The notes beneath the pieces were generated by a model. The model was not told the DNA's origin. It saw nothing but the letters and a program-made list of their open reading frames with translations, and searched no databases. A DNA stretch of 64,000 nucleotides from Candidatus Babeliales bacterium (GTDB lineage Bacteria > Babelota > Babeliae > Babelales > JACPOV01), in the NCBI GenBank assembly GCA_050250855.1, contig JBFWNW010000001.1, positions 32,001 through 96,000 on the forward strand. Reading direction: 5' to 3'. Position numbers and translations under genes: made by a program. Within the stretch, counting starts at the first letter, position 1, and each line of letters begins with the position of its first letter. Shown in pieces: positions 10,024-21,275 of the stretch.

Positions 10024-10614
10024 TTGAAGTCCATAGAAAAGCGCAACGGCATAGTTTTAAAAAATTATTGTCCAAATAAGCAGAAGCTTATTATTTTTGA
10101 TGAAGAGCTTGGCAAGATAGAGGCCATTTTTTTTGCTCGAGGCCATCATATGATAAGTGCAGGAAGTTATTTATGCTATTATGCAGAGCGGACAAAGAAT
10201 CAGTGGTATAAACTTGAGGGGTATGAACTATTTCATGCCCCTTTGCAGCTTGCTCGGTATGAGCTCTATTTTTATCATCATGTTCTTGAGCTGTGTTATT
10301 ACTTCATTCCCTTTGAATTACCCCTTGATGGTATATTTGATTTACTTAAGTTTTTACTGTATTCATACCATGAAGTAGCAGATTCTTATAAAAAAAAACT
10401 TTTTTTATTGAGATTTTTTGTCCAATTAGGTATATATCCAGAAGAAGAGTTTGGGTTGCATACCATTGGTGATTATTTGCTTTCTCAACCTATTGACGTT
10501 ATCTTGAATACTGAAATTGTTTCAGAAAAAGCTCTTGAAAGATGGTTGTTTTTTTGTATAAAAAGCCATCCTCAAAGTGATTATTTTAAAACTATGCTAA
10601 TAGGGTATAAATAA
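10024..10614 (+). CDS. Divergent RecO-like DNA repair protein
   Basis: GIVLK...IFDEELGKI N-terminal OB-like pattern; LLRFFVQLGIYP resembles the RecO helical region. Confidence 0.55.
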   Translation: MKSIEKRNGIVLKNYCPNKQKLIIFDEELGKIEAIFFARGHHMISAGSYLCYYAERTKNQWYKLEGYELFHAPLQLARYELYFYHHVLELCYYFIPFELPLDGIFDLLKFLLYSYHEVADSYKKKLFLLRFFVQLGIYPEEEFGLHTIGDYLLSQPIDVILNTEIVSEKALERWLFFCIKSHPQSDYFKTMLIGYK

Positions 10615-13600
10615 TGATTCCTAATAAAAAAATTATTTTTTTGAGCTTGTTTATAGGTTTGTTCTCGATGCATTCTGCATCTGGTATTAAGTTGTTTGAT
10701 CCTGCACGTCTTTTTACGCCAGAAAAAGAAGATCGAGAAGATCAACTCTCTCTTCTTAAAGGGGAATATGAAAAGATTAGAGAAAATACTCAAGCAGAGC
10801 TAAAAAAGCTCCAAGAAAATATTGCAGTGGTTGAACGAGCTTTAAATGATGCAAAAAATCAACAAGCTGCATCGCCAGGACAGGATTTTTTAAATAAAAA
10901 AATTTCTCTTTTAAATGCTACTTACCAAGAAAAACTTAATATTCAATTTACCCTTAAAGAAATACCTCTTACTATAGAACAACAGATAAAAACGCTAGAA
11001 GAATACCTTAAAGCACCAGATTTTAAAGCCCTTATTTTGGAGCCTCGCTCTTTTTATCCTTATGATGTTGTTCAAAGCTCAATAAAAAAGGTTTTGGACC
11101 AAGAAGAGCGTATTAATAACCTGAAACTCCAAAGAAATGATGTAACGGTTGAGCTTGAAAATCGCAAAAAAAAGCTTGCCTCAGCTGCAAAAGATTACCA
11201 AGAAAAAAAGAAAGAGCAGGAGGAATTTAGCGCAAAAGCTCCAGAGAGCACTCCTTCTCAGGCAGAGCTTTCTTTTGAACAGCGTGGGGAGATTATTGAT
11301 TTAGAAGAACGTTATGATGGTTATTTGCAGCAACTTGCCGATTTGCAAGTTCAAGCTACCATGCGCAAAATAGCCCTTTTGAATACAACCATTTTTGTAG
11401 AAGAACAAAAACAAAAAGTTCTTGAAAATAATTTGGCTCGTGTAAAGGCGGGCTTGCGTATTACTGAAACTGAAGTTCAGGAAGCAAAAAATAGTGTAGA
11501 AAAACGTGATCAAAAGGCCCAAGCTTTACAGCAAACACGCCTAGAGGAAAGAAAAAAGCTTACCGCGTATAAAGAAAAGCTTAAAAGAGATCTAGAAATA
11601 GAAGCTAAGCGCTTGAATATGCCCGTTTTAGAGAAAGATGAATTAAGCTCTTGGGTTGTAGAGCAGCCATCCCTTGAAAGCTTTACGGCTTTGTGCCAAA
11701 TGGGTTTTTTGAATACAGAAATTAATGTAATTAATCGTAGAATAGATTTTTTGACGGCAGAAGTTGAGCTTGAAAAGGCTAAATCAGCGCGAGAAGCACT
11801 AAAATTTGCTATTTTAATGACCTGGCATGATCTTACTCATCGTAAATTTAAAGATAATGAGCATATTATTGCGGAACTAAAAAAATTCAAAGAGCGAGAA
11901 GCTGAAATTAATCGAGAGTTAAGCTCATTTCAGGATAAGCGCAATGCTGCAATTAATCAGTTAAATATTCAAAATAAAGAGCTCACCAACCTTCGAGCAT
12001 TTAGACAAGAGGTTGAAAAAGAACGCGAGGGCTTTTTTAGACGAGTTCCTGTTCGTTTTGTAAACTGTTTAAAGAGTTTACAGCGAGCAGAAAAAAACAT
12101 ACAAGATCAGATAGATATTAATGGTAAATTGATAGAAACCTATTCTAATCTGATTGCTACGCTCGATAGTACTATTAAAGAGATTAATATTATTACCATT
12201 GAGCTGAAAACTAAAAGTATTTGGCAGCGATCTCAATATGCTATTTCATGGCAAGGGGTAAAAAATATTATTCCAGACTTGGGATATTTTATTACCGACC
12301 TTTACCAGATAGCGGTTTCATTCTTTGCTAATTTAAAGTGGTCTAATATTCTTGCAACCTTTAACCGAATTTTTAATGCCCCAGGAAAAATTTTATTATG
12401 GGCTATTGTATTATTTTTACTTATTTCATGTTTTATATTTTTACGCAATAGGTTACCTGAATTTAGAGCATATTTAACTTCATTTTCTACAAAAGGTTTT
12501 TTGGCTGTTATTATTGAGCTGAGTGTATGTACTCTATTATTCATTGAGCGTTATTTGGTTTGGCTTTATATATGGGCCGTTATTTTTACAATGGTCAATT
12601 TTGATGTTGTTTCAGATTTATTTCTTGAAATAGTTTTTTACTTAGCGTCTATAGGTTACCTAATCTATTTTATAAGAAAATTTATTTATTATGTTATTTC
12701 TTATAATCGTAGGCATAATTATGTTATTTTTGCTCAAGGTTTTGAGAGACGTTTTATAACGGTAACTTCAATATTTTTTTATTTGACGATAGCAGTTCTT
12801 TTCTTTAGAGAGGCATTTATTTTAGCAACCGTTCATAAATCTGAATTACCCACTATCTTACTGGCAGGATATTCAATTTTTCTTCGCTCCTTACTAATTT
12901 TCTCAATTGGCAAAAACGAAATTTTGGGCTTAATAACACCCCGTGGCCCTATAACAACCTGGCTTGCATATGGGGTCGAGCATTATTATTACCCAATTTT
13001 AATTGCTATTACTGTTCTTATGGTTATGAGTGATCCTTATGTTGGAGGCTATGGTAACCTTGTTTCATATATTATTTGGGGTACCATAGGAACGGTTATA
13101 ATAACGCGTCTTTTATATATCATTCACACCTATGCGAAAAATTACTCTGAAGTTGTTTTCTTTTCAACCGAAGAAGAAGTAAAGAGAGAACGTTTTGGTT
13201 ATGCCAAAACATGGTACGGTATTTTTGCTATAGCACTTTTTTTGATTTTTATCTTAGTGGGCCTTTTATTTATTGCTCGCATATGGCATTTACCATTTTC
13301 TCTTGAAGATATTAGGAAATTTTTTGATTATGGTATTTTCAAGACCGGTATTGAATCTAAAAGTGGTGAAGATATTTGGTTTACACCCGGTAAACTTTTT
13401 GTCTTGCTTGGTTTTGTTGCCGGCGGCTTTTTGGCAGCTGTTGCTTTCAATCGTTTTGTGCTACACCGTATATTCGATATTTTACCAGTTGATCTTGGTG
13501 TGCAAAATACGGTTGTAAGTATTACGCGGTACTTGATTGTTATTATTTTTATATATTTAGGTTTTTCTTGGGCAAATCTGGGTAACTTATTAATAGCAAT

Positions 13601-14189
13601 CGGTATCGTTATCGGTTCGATTGGTTATATTGTTAAAGAACCGCTTGGTGACTTTATTTCATACTTTATTATTTTAGTACAACGTCCTATTCAGATTGGT
13701 GATTTTATTATGCTTGATCACGATACGCAGGGTGTTGTGCGCAAAATAACGCCACGATCAGTGATTTTGCGTCGTAAAAATAGCTATAGTATTATATTGC
13801 CTAACTCAATGATTTTGAATCGTTCAGTAAACAATTGGAGCTATGGCAGGAACTTCATAGCATTCGATGACATTTACTTTACCGTAAATTATCAGGCAGA
13901 TCCTGAAGAAGTCAGAAAACTTATGCATCAAATACTTGATGAAAGTACAGAAGTACTCAAAAGCCCCCAACCCATTATTCGCTTACATGAATTTGGGGAA
14001 TATGGCTTTGTATTTATGGTGCGTGGTTTTATTAGCAACATTAATATTCTACGCCAGTGGGATATAGCAAGTAACATTCGCTTTGCTATTATTGCAACGC
14101 TTCGTAAACACAAAATTAGCTTGGCAATTCCTGCTCGCGTATTGCTGCAGGATTCACAAAAAGCTTCAATGCTGCCAGATATTACTTAA
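10614..14189 (+). CDS. Large MscS-family (MscK-like) mechanosensitive channel
   Basis: Signal peptide, long coiled coil, multiple TM helices, RPIQIGDFI...ILPNS...NWS MscS domain. Confidence 0.9.
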   Translation: MIPNKKIIFLSLFIGLFSMHSASGIKLFDPARLFTPEKEDREDQLSLLKGEYEKIRENTQAELKKLQENIAVVERALNDAKNQQAASPGQDFLNKKISLLNATYQEKLNIQFTLKEIPLTIEQQIKTLEEYLKAPDFKALILEPRSFYPYDVVQSSIKKVLDQEERINNLKLQRNDVTVELENRKKKLASAAKDYQEKKKEQEEFSAKAPESTPSQAELSFEQRGEIIDLEERYDGYLQQLADLQVQATMRKIALLNTTIFVEEQKQKVLENNLARVKAGLRITETEVQEAKNSVEKRDQKAQALQQTRLEERKKLTAYKEKLKRDLEIEAKRLNMPVLEKDELSSWVVEQPSLESFTALCQMGFLNTEINVINRRIDFLTAEVELEKAKSAREALKFAILMTWHDLTHRKFKDNEHIIAELKKFKEREAEINRELSSFQDKRNAAINQLNIQNKELTNLRAFRQEVEKEREGFFRRVPVRFVNCLKSLQRAEKNIQDQIDINGKLIETYSNLIATLDSTIKEINIITIELKTKSIWQRSQYAISWQGVKNIIPDLGYFITDLYQIAVSFFANLKWSNILATFNRIFNAPGKILLWAIVLFLLISCFIFLRNRLPEFRAYLTSFSTKGFLAVIIELSVCTLLFIERYLVWLYIWAVIFTMVNFDVVSDLFLEIVFYLASIGYLIYFIRKFIYYVISYNRRHNYVIFAQGFERRFITVTSIFFYLTIAVLFFREAFILATVHKSELPTILLAGYSIFLRSLLIFSIGKNEILGLITPRGPITTWLAYGVEHYYYPILIAITVLMVMSDPYVGGYGNLVSYIIWGTIGTVIITRLLYIIHTYAKNYSEVVFFSTEEEVKRERFGYAKTWYGIFAIALFLIFILVGLLFIARIWHLPFSLEDIRKFFDYGIFKTGIESKSGEDIWFTPGKLFVLLGFVAGGFLAAVAFNRFVLHRIFDILPVDLGVQNTVVSITRYLIVIIFIYLGFSWANLGNLLIAIGIVIGSIGYIVKEPLGDFISYFIILVQRPIQIGDFIMLDHDTQGVVRKITPRSVILRRKNSYSIILPNSMILNRSVNNWSYGRNFIAFDDIYFTVNYQADPEEVRKLMHQILDESTEVLKSPQPIIRLHEFGEYGFVFMVRGFISNINILRQWDIASNIRFAIIATLRKHKISLAIPARVLLQDSQKASMLPDIT

Positions 14190-14400
14190 TATTGGTTTTT
14201 TCTTCTACGGTCTTTCTGATTTTGCGCCATAATTGTGCTTCAAAGAAGCCATAGAAAATCATAGCAAGCGAGAAGAATATTAAAATCCAGTTAAGCCACT
14301 GCTGCAAGATATTGAGAGTATGGAGTAATAGTACTATACCGAAAAGCATAGTTATTACGCCACGGAACTCTTTACTTAAAAAATTAAAATCTCCAAACAT
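14182..14400 (-). CDS. Small membrane protein
   Basis: AAGGAG RBS before ATG 14400; two hydrophobic helices. Confidence 0.7.
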   Translation of the reverse strand: MFGDFNFLSKEFRGVITMLFGIVLLLHTLNILQQWLNWILIFFSLAMIFYGFFEAQLWRKIRKTVEEKTNIK

Positions 14401-14463
14401 AGCATACTCCTTTTTATTTTCAGGGTAGCACATGCCGGAAGGCAAAAGCAAGAGATTAAGCTT

Positions 14464-14673
14464 TTAGAGCTTGGATTTAGGTGTTTTTACTGGAGCTTTT
14501 TTCTCTATATGGGGATCGGTTTGAGGGGCCTTTTCATCTGTCTTGGCCGTAGGAGGATTGATGGTTTGAGATTGGTTTTGAACTGATGATTCTACAGGTC
14601 TCATATTATCTAGAGCAGTAATAGATAGCACGATCACCATAAGACCTCCAGCAATAATATTGATAGGTTCCAT
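14464..14673 (-). CDS. Small hypothetical membrane-anchored protein
   Basis: Abuts the upstream stop; AAGGAG RBS; N-terminal TM segment. Confidence 0.6.
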   Translation of the reverse strand: MEPINIIAGGLMVIVLSITALDNMRPVESSVQNQSQTINPPTAKTDEKAPQTDPHIEKKAPVKTPKSKL

Positions 14674-15213
14674 TTATTCTCCTTCTTTTAAAAATCCTTC
14701 TATAGGCCACGGTGTTTCAAGATCAATATGATAATCATGAAGTAGTTGCTCGTGAGTCAATATTACTATTTTTTTTATGGGAATAGTACTTGTACGTATA
14801 GTTTTTAAAAGTCCTTCCATGAGCATCCATTTTTCATACAGCGCATACTGTTTTTCAAAAGGATTGTGATCAAGAGATATGAGTGCCAGATTATCATGCG
14901 CTACGGCAACGGTTTGCACCGTAATTTTTTTAGGTATAACTTTTTCTTCATGCATAAGAGAAAACCAAGCATTTACCAAGTAATGTACTGTTTGGCTCAT
15001 ATCTTCTGACCATAACAATTCTATTTCTTCATGATGCCATTGGTGAGTGCGCCAAAAAAAAAGAGTTACTTTTTTTTTTGTAATAGCAGTTCTATCAAAA
15101 GAATAATCTGTATTGAATGGGCTACGAAAAATTATAAGATTATTAAGATAGACGTAAAGCAGAGCTCCTATGAGCAAAGATGCAGTAGAGAGTATTACTA
15201 TATTTTTTTTCAT
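14674..15213 (-). CDS. GerMN-like domain protein
   Basis: N-terminal anchor, VTLFF..., IP...V...ISL, E..L...LLKT, IKKIVIL pattern; coupled to the amidase gene. Confidence 0.55.
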   Translation of the reverse strand: MKKNIVILSTASLLIGALLYVYLNNLIIFRSPFNTDYSFDRTAITKKKVTLFFWRTHQWHHEEIELLWSEDMSQTVHYLVNAWFSLMHEEKVIPKKITVQTVAVAHDNLALISLDHNPFEKQYALYEKWMLMEGLLKTIRTSTIPIKKIVILTHEQLLHDYHIDLETPWPIEGFLKEGE

Positions 15214-15875
15214 GATGCATCCGGATTTATTATAGTTTCTAATGCATCTACTAATGCTTCAGCCAAGCAATGCCAATCGTTCCTTTTTTTAAGCCCTGCT
15301 TCTATGAGCAATGCAGGACAATTAATACCAAGCAATGGTTTGCAAGGAAGGCCAAAAAATCCTTTACAATCAAAATAACGTTTATATTTTTTTTTATTAA
15401 AGAATTGAAGCAAGTTTGTTCCATAAGAATAAGAAGATTCTGTATGAGCTCTATAAGCATGTTTGTAAGGAATAAAAGAAAAGCCATTATCGACATAAGG
15501 CCAAAAATCTGTTGCTGTATTATAAAGGAATTGATAGAGATACAAAGATGGTTTTTCTTCTTTTTCTTGATAAAAATGAATGCTCAGGTAAAGATCTGTT
15601 TTCATTCTGTTTGCAATATGAGCATTTTGCAAATGCTCTACAGTTTGGCCAGCAGAGCGAGAGAGTACAACGTGTACGTATGGATAGAGTTCATTCAGAT
15701 TTTTTTTTAGTGCTTCTGCGCATTGGAGTGTGAGTCCTCGTTCAAAACAATCGTCAATTTCACGCCCTTCATACTTTGCATGGCCAGCTGGATCAAGCAT
15801 AAGCGTAAAGCTTTGTATGTTGTAGCACGGAGTAAGCAATAAAAAAAATAGAAAAAAAATTGTTTTTATCGGCAT
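15210..15875 (-). CDS. N-acetylmuramoyl-L-alanine amidase (Amidase_3)
   Basis: LDPAGH, E...L, LSR, LSIH, PALLIEAG. Confidence 0.85.
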   Translation of the reverse strand: MPIKTIFFLFFLLLTPCYNIQSFTLMLDPAGHAKYEGREIDDCFERGLTLQCAEALKKNLNELYPYVHVVLSRSAGQTVEHLQNAHIANRMKTDLYLSIHFYQEKEEKPSLYLYQFLYNTATDFWPYVDNGFSFIPYKHAYRAHTESSYSYGTNLLQFFNKKKYKRYFDCKGFFGLPCKPLLGINCPALLIEAGLKKRNDWHCLAEALVDALETIINPDAS

Positions 15876-18046
15876 GCTAAATCAGTGGTTAAAAATTCTT
15901 GTAAAAAAGTTTTTCTGATAATAGTTTTATTATTCTTAATAGCAATAGCAAGAGCTTTTGGTTGCCCAATAAAAATGCATAGTTTTTTTGCACGTGTAAT
16001 AGCAGTATAGATTAAATTTCGTTGCAAAAGCATAAAATGTTGCATAAAAATAGGAATGATAGCAACATCATATTCAGAGCCTTGGCTTTTATGAATAGAG
16101 ATAGCATATGCCAGTACTAGTTCATCAAGTTCATCAAATCTATATTCTACCGGCCGTTCATCAAAATTAACAATAACTGTTTTTTCTTCTTCTTGAATGG
16201 TTGAAATAGAACCAATATCACCATTAAATACCGATTTATCATAGTTATTACGAATTTGCATAACTTTATCATGTTCTTTAAAAACGGTGTTACCATACAT
16301 AACCTGCTTTTCAGATGATGGATTGATGATAATTTGTAAATCTTGATTTAATTTTATAGTACCAGCTATTCCTCGATTCATAGGTACCAGTACAATAGAA
16401 TCTTGATTATTAAAAGAGGCGCGGGGATGTTTTTTTGCATAAAGCTGTCTTAAATGGCCAGCGAGATTTTCTGGCTTTTCTTCTTTAATAAATAAAAAAT
16501 CTTTTTTTGCATCAGGCAAAAATGACACGGGAAATTCCCCACGATTTATTTTATGCGCATTAAGCGTAATTAAACTATTTTGTGCCTGCCTAAAAATATA
16601 ATGCAAACGCACGCTCGGAATTTTTTTACTTTCAATTAAATCTTTCAATACGCTGCCAGCGCCTACTGAAGGAAGTTGATCAACGTCACCAATAAAAATA
16701 ATATGGCTTGTTAAAGGAAGCGCTTTGACTAATGCATGCGCTAAAAAAGTATCGATCATTGAAGATTCATCAACAATTAAATAATCAAGTTTAAGGGCAT
16801 TTTGCTCATTATGCGTAAAGCTCATAGTACTGACATCAAACTCAAGAAGTCTGTGAAGCGTTGATGCATGCTTTCCTGTTCCTTCCATCATACGCTTTGC
16901 AGCTCTTCCTGTTGGTGCTGCTAAACGATAGGTTACTTTGTGTTCATCAAGAATTGCCAAAAGGCGTTTAATAAGCGTAGTTTTTCCCGTACCAGGGCCA
17001 CCCGTTATTACGCATGCTTTGTGCGTAAGGCTGGTTATAATAGCATGTTGCTGATCTTCGTTAAGCATAAATCCATGCTTATCTGGTACGCGTAAACGTG
17101 TATAGACTTCATCTATATTAAACGTATGTGCAACAGGGTGTTCAAGCAACGTGCGCAATTTATTGGCAAGACCTTTTTCAGAAAAATAGAATTGAGAAAG
17201 CGTAATAAAATGTTTTTCTTGATGAGAAATTAATTTTATTTTTTCATGTTCATAGAGTTCATGGAGCGCCATTTTTATTTTTTGATCAGGCTCACGTGCA
17301 CCTAATTCGAGCAACTCTATGGTTTTTTCTTTTAAGTCTTGCAGTTCAAGATATAAATGACCATTGCTTGTGGCTTGCGATAGTACAAAAGAAATACCCG
17401 CTTTAATGCGTTTGATAGAATCTTGCTCAAAGCCCAATTTTTGAGCAACAGCATCAGCAGATTTAAAACCTACGCCCCAAATATCTTCTGCAAGGCGATA
17501 AGGATTTTCATTGAGGACACTAATGGATGCTTGGCCATATTTTTTATAGATTTTTGTTGCAAATATAGGCGAGAGTCCTTTGTCTTGCAAAAAGATCATG
17601 ATAGTAGAAATTTCTTTTTGCTCGTGCCACGCTTGCGTAATTTGCTCAATACGCTTAGGCCCAATACCTTCAATTTCAGAAAGTTTTTCTGGTGTTTTAT
17701 CGATGATATCTAAAATAGCAACACCAAAATGCTCAACCATTTTTTGAGCATACACTTTGCCAATTCCTTTAATGAGTCCTGAGCCTAGATATTTTTTTAA
17801 ACCAAGAATATTTGTTGGTAGTTGTGCTTTACATTCGGTTGCTTGGAACTGCCTGCCAAATTTGGCATGCATGGTCCATTGTCCTTTAAGTGTGACCTGT
17901 TCACCTGCATGTATGCCAGGAACAGTTCCGGTTACTACCGTTTGTGCGTTGGCAGAAATCTGCAAAACAAATACGCAGTAACCGGAGTCAGCGCTTTGAA
18001 AAAGAAAGCGATCTACAATCCCACTAATATGACTTGATTCATCCAT
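15866..18046 (-). CDS. recD2: ATP-dependent RecD2-type helicase
   Basis: HhH GIGK/GIGP, GGPGTGKTT, APTGRAAKR, VDESSM, HKSQGSE, LIYTAITRAK. Confidence 0.95.
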   Translation of the reverse strand: MDESSHISGIVDRFLFQSADSGYCVFVLQISANAQTVVTGTVPGIHAGEQVTLKGQWTMHAKFGRQFQATECKAQLPTNILGLKKYLGSGLIKGIGKVYAQKMVEHFGVAILDIIDKTPEKLSEIEGIGPKRIEQITQAWHEQKEISTIMIFLQDKGLSPIFATKIYKKYGQASISVLNENPYRLAEDIWGVGFKSADAVAQKLGFEQDSIKRIKAGISFVLSQATSNGHLYLELQDLKEKTIELLELGAREPDQKIKMALHELYEHEKIKLISHQEKHFITLSQFYFSEKGLANKLRTLLEHPVAHTFNIDEVYTRLRVPDKHGFMLNEDQQHAIITSLTHKACVITGGPGTGKTTLIKRLLAILDEHKVTYRLAAPTGRAAKRMMEGTGKHASTLHRLLEFDVSTMSFTHNEQNALKLDYLIVDESSMIDTFLAHALVKALPLTSHIIFIGDVDQLPSVGAGSVLKDLIESKKIPSVRLHYIFRQAQNSLITLNAHKINRGEFPVSFLPDAKKDFLFIKEEKPENLAGHLRQLYAKKHPRASFNNQDSIVLVPMNRGIAGTIKLNQDLQIIINPSSEKQVMYGNTVFKEHDKVMQIRNNYDKSVFNGDIGSISTIQEEEKTVIVNFDERPVEYRFDELDELVLAYAISIHKSQGSEYDVAIIPIFMQHFMLLQRNLIYTAITRAKKLCIFIGQPKALAIAIKNNKTIIRKTFLQEFLTTDLACR

Positions 18047-18049
18047 AAA

Positions 18050-18700
18050 TTATTTTTTAGCTTTTTTTTGAAGATCTAAAAATTGTTGCCATCCTCGTGG
18101 GCAGCTTTGAATAAGGTCAGACATGAAGCTTACTAAATCTTGACAGAATACATGCAAATGCTCAAAAGAAGTAGTCTTTTGTCTAAAAGTATCAAATTCA
18201 TGCCCATCTTTTTCACGTGCCCAATAAAGAAGAGGACTCTCTTCACGCTCATGCTTTTCAGACCATTCTTTAATAAAGCCAAGCGTTACCGATTTTACGC
18301 CACGAGCTTGTTCAACAAAGGGCATTGATATGTGAATGAAATCTTCGATAACCGAATGTAACAATGCTTTGAACTCTTTTTTCTCTGAAGCTGATAGGAA
18401 TGGATACTGTTCTTGCTCAAATTCAGCAAGTGTTGCAATACAATGGATTCTATCACCAAATAAGTATTTTCCTTTACGGATTTTTGTATGAGGATCAAGA
18501 ACACCATATACCAATTTTTCAACTTCACGAATCATATAAATCATTTTTTTTATTTCATAGCCATTAATCCCAAAGGGCGTTCCATCTATAATGGCAGAGA
18601 CGGTAATAGGAGGATTTTCATGGCTATGGATAGGCTCATGAGAATTTGCCTGTAGGAGTGAACATGTTAAAGTGCAATATAAGATCATTTTTTTATTCAT
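18050..18700 (-). CDS. Secreted hypothetical protein
   Basis: AAGGAG RBS before ATG 18700; the longer ORF start overlaps the upstream gene. Confidence 0.75.
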   Translation of the reverse strand: MNKKMILYCTLTCSLLQANSHEPIHSHENPPITVSAIIDGTPFGINGYEIKKMIYMIREVEKLVYGVLDPHTKIRKGKYLFGDRIHCIATLAEFEQEQYPFLSASEKKEFKALLHSVIEDFIHISMPFVEQARGVKSVTLGFIKEWSEKHEREESPLLYWAREKDGHEFDTFRQKTTSFEHLHVFCQDLVSFMSDLIQSCPRGWQQFLDLQKKAKK

Positions 18701-18713
18701 AGGAAATCTCCTT

Positions 18714-20279
18714 TTATAAAATAAGTTCAAAACGTATACCAACGTTAAAATCTTTACCAATACCAGATCTGAGTACCGTCTGATCGCCATAAAGAGCAAG
18801 GCTCCATGTATAACGATGACCATCTCTAAAATAAATAACCGATCCAAAAACTTTTGCTTGGAATGCCGGAGGTCTTTGTGCAATACCTTTGCGCAAGCGC
18901 TTATCTTCTTCTGGTGGGGCTACAATTTTGCCCAATGTTTCGCCTTGTTGCCACCAGATGTCTTGTCCTAAATTAAGTTGTATCTTTCCTTGAGCCATGG
19001 TTCCATTTATCGCATTAGTAAGCTTAAATATAAAACCAGGCAATACAAGCGTATTGAATCCTTCAGGGAAAAATGTTTCTATAATCTGTTGCTCCAAAAA
19101 GCGTAACTGTTCACAAGGATTATTAAAATTAGGATTATTTAAAGCTTCAAACTCTGCTAGATTTTTTTTACGAATAAAGAATCTTCGTTCCCACATAGGA
19201 AAAATATATTCAAGGTTTGCACGCGTTCTAAATTCAAGTTTAGGTTTTACCAATTGTCGATATTCAATAACGGGCCCAGCGCCAAAATGGCCATTATTAC
19301 CAGGGCTTGTTTCAAGCAAAATAGTGGAAAGACGATCAAGGGCCTTTACGCTAAAGTCTACACCGATTGCTTGGGCTGCATCAATATTACCATTAATAAT
19401 CAAATTACAAATTTCACAAAGATCAATAGTTGGCGTAGGAGCATTTTTAGAAAAATGGTTTCCATAAAGGCCGCGCTTGAAAGAAAGGGCAGTGGGAATT
19501 GTTGCTTCAGCACCAAAAATAACGCGTTGTGTTGGTTTATCAATGGCAACATAATCAACATTGAATCTTGAATCCCCTATGCCAAAGCGGTCTGCAATAA
19601 GATGTTGGCGCGCAAAACTAAGATCTCCCGAATCGCCAAAAAATGCTTCAACAGCACGTACTTCTTCTGGCGTCAAATAAAAATTACGGAAAAGATAGAT
19701 AAGCGGCGTTTCAAAAGAAAAGTACCAATCAGAATAATAACGAGCAGCACCAAGCATAATCCCAGCACGGCGTTCTTGGATTTTTAAATCTTCAAATAAA
19801 GAAAGCGCATCGCGTATTGGAAAATTTAAACCGAACTGTTCAAAAGCACGAGCAAAGCCAAATGCTAAATAAGAATTAATGCCCGTTCCATCGCGTGTAA
19901 AGTTACCTTTATGTGTTTCATTGTAAAAGAGGTGTATAAAAGGTTGCCATACGTTGCCCTTTTGCGTGCAGGGAAGGCAGGAGAAAAAATAAAATTCTGG
20001 TAAATCAAGAATTGATCGTTGATTAATAGGATGAGTAAATTTATAGAGGTCTTGTGAGAATATTCCTTGTGTTGCTAAAATCCCATCACAATCCGTGCAG
20101 CAAGATCGCGTGAAGGCGCGTAATGTTCTTTCAGGTGTATAGGCTTCAGGTTTGAATTCTATAGGTTCATCAGGCCCTTCTTCTATAAATGAAAAGAGAT
20201 CAGTTGTTTGCGCATGAAGCAACGATATGAAAAAGAAGGTGAAAAGGCAGTGCCAAGCAGTACGATGCAGACTCTTCAT
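18714..20279 (-). CDS. Secreted hypothetical protein, possibly outer-membrane beta-barrel
   Basis: Signal peptide; alternating amphipathic strands at the C-terminus (WSLALYG, FNVGIRFEL). Confidence 0.65.
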   Translation of the reverse strand: MKSLHRTAWHCLFTFFFISLLHAQTTDLFSFIEEGPDEPIEFKPEAYTPERTLRAFTRSCCTDCDGILATQGIFSQDLYKFTHPINQRSILDLPEFYFFSCLPCTQKGNVWQPFIHLFYNETHKGNFTRDGTGINSYLAFGFARAFEQFGLNFPIRDALSLFEDLKIQERRAGIMLGAARYYSDWYFSFETPLIYLFRNFYLTPEEVRAVEAFFGDSGDLSFARQHLIADRFGIGDSRFNVDYVAIDKPTQRVIFGAEATIPTALSFKRGLYGNHFSKNAPTPTIDLCEICNLIINGNIDAAQAIGVDFSVKALDRLSTILLETSPGNNGHFGAGPVIEYRQLVKPKLEFRTRANLEYIFPMWERRFFIRKKNLAEFEALNNPNFNNPCEQLRFLEQQIIETFFPEGFNTLVLPGFIFKLTNAINGTMAQGKIQLNLGQDIWWQQGETLGKIVAPPEEDKRLRKGIAQRPPAFQAKVFGSVIYFRDGHRYTWSLALYGDQTVLRSGIGKDFNVGIRFELIL

Positions 20280-20483
20280 AAAATTTTTTAACCTTTATGG
20301 TTTGATACTTGATTACTACGTAAATACGTGGAAAAATATATAAAATTATAAGCTGATAAAAATATTATTTAATCTATCAAGTTTTGATTAATAAGGCAAA
20401 AAAGCCCTAGGCTGCTCGCTTTTTTATGCAAAACATTTAAGCTTATTATATTCTTACTACTTATATGCTAAAAGGTTTTTTTC

Positions 20484-21206
20484 ATGATGTCTAAAAATAA
20501 TACCATGGGTTTATCACTTGAGGGGAATATTGGAGCAGGGAAATCTACATTTCTTGGTTTAATTAATCAGTGGCTTGATGTTCAGATTGTTTATGAGCCG
20601 CATACAAAATGGCAAGACGTTGGTGGCTTTAATATATTGGATTCTTTTTATCAAGATCCATCACGTTGGGCCTATACATTTCAAACGTATGCATTTGTCA
20701 GTCGTGTTGTTGAACAAGAAAAATATGCACGTCATGCAACCAAGGCTGTTCAGGTGCTTGAGCGCTCTATTTATTCAGATCGCTACTGTTTTGCTAAAAA
20801 CTGCTTTGAAATGGGCACCATGACAGCGCTTGAATGGAAGCTGTATCAAGAGTGGTTTTCGTGGCTTGAAGGTGCTTATACTTCACGCATTCAAGGCCTT
20901 ATCTATTTGCAGACAGACCCTACAATTTGTTATAGCAGGCTCAAAAAGCGAGCGCGCGCAGAAGAGCAAGGTGTTAGCCTTGAGTACCTTACTATGATTC
21001 ATAAAAAGCATGAACAGTGGCTCGTAGATAAGGAGGAGGTTGATACCTATTTGCAAAAAGTGCCTGTTCTTGTTCTAGAATGTAATAAAGAGTTTGAGCA
21101 TGATGTGGTAGAACAGCAGAAACACATGCAGAAAATTAGTGATTTTTTTGGCATTCCTTTTAAATATAATGGGGTAAAGCAGCAAAATAATGCAATCTGC
21201 TTGTAA
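20484..21206 (+). CDS. Deoxynucleoside kinase
   Basis: EGNIGAGKST, YEP, ERS, DRYCF, lid R.KKRARAEE. Confidence 0.93.
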   Translation: MMSKNNTMGLSLEGNIGAGKSTFLGLINQWLDVQIVYEPHTKWQDVGGFNILDSFYQDPSRWAYTFQTYAFVSRVVEQEKYARHATKAVQVLERSIYSDRYCFAKNCFEMGTMTALEWKLYQEWFSWLEGAYTSRIQGLIYLQTDPTICYSRLKKRARAEEQGVSLEYLTMIHKKHEQWLVDKEEVDTYLQKVPVLVLECNKEFEHDVVEQQKHMQKISDFFGIPFKYNGVKQQNNAICL

Positions 21207-21275
21207 AAAGGCTTTTTTTTGCGTTAGAATAGGAATGAAGAATTAAAAAAATATTACTACGCTGAAAGGGTCTTA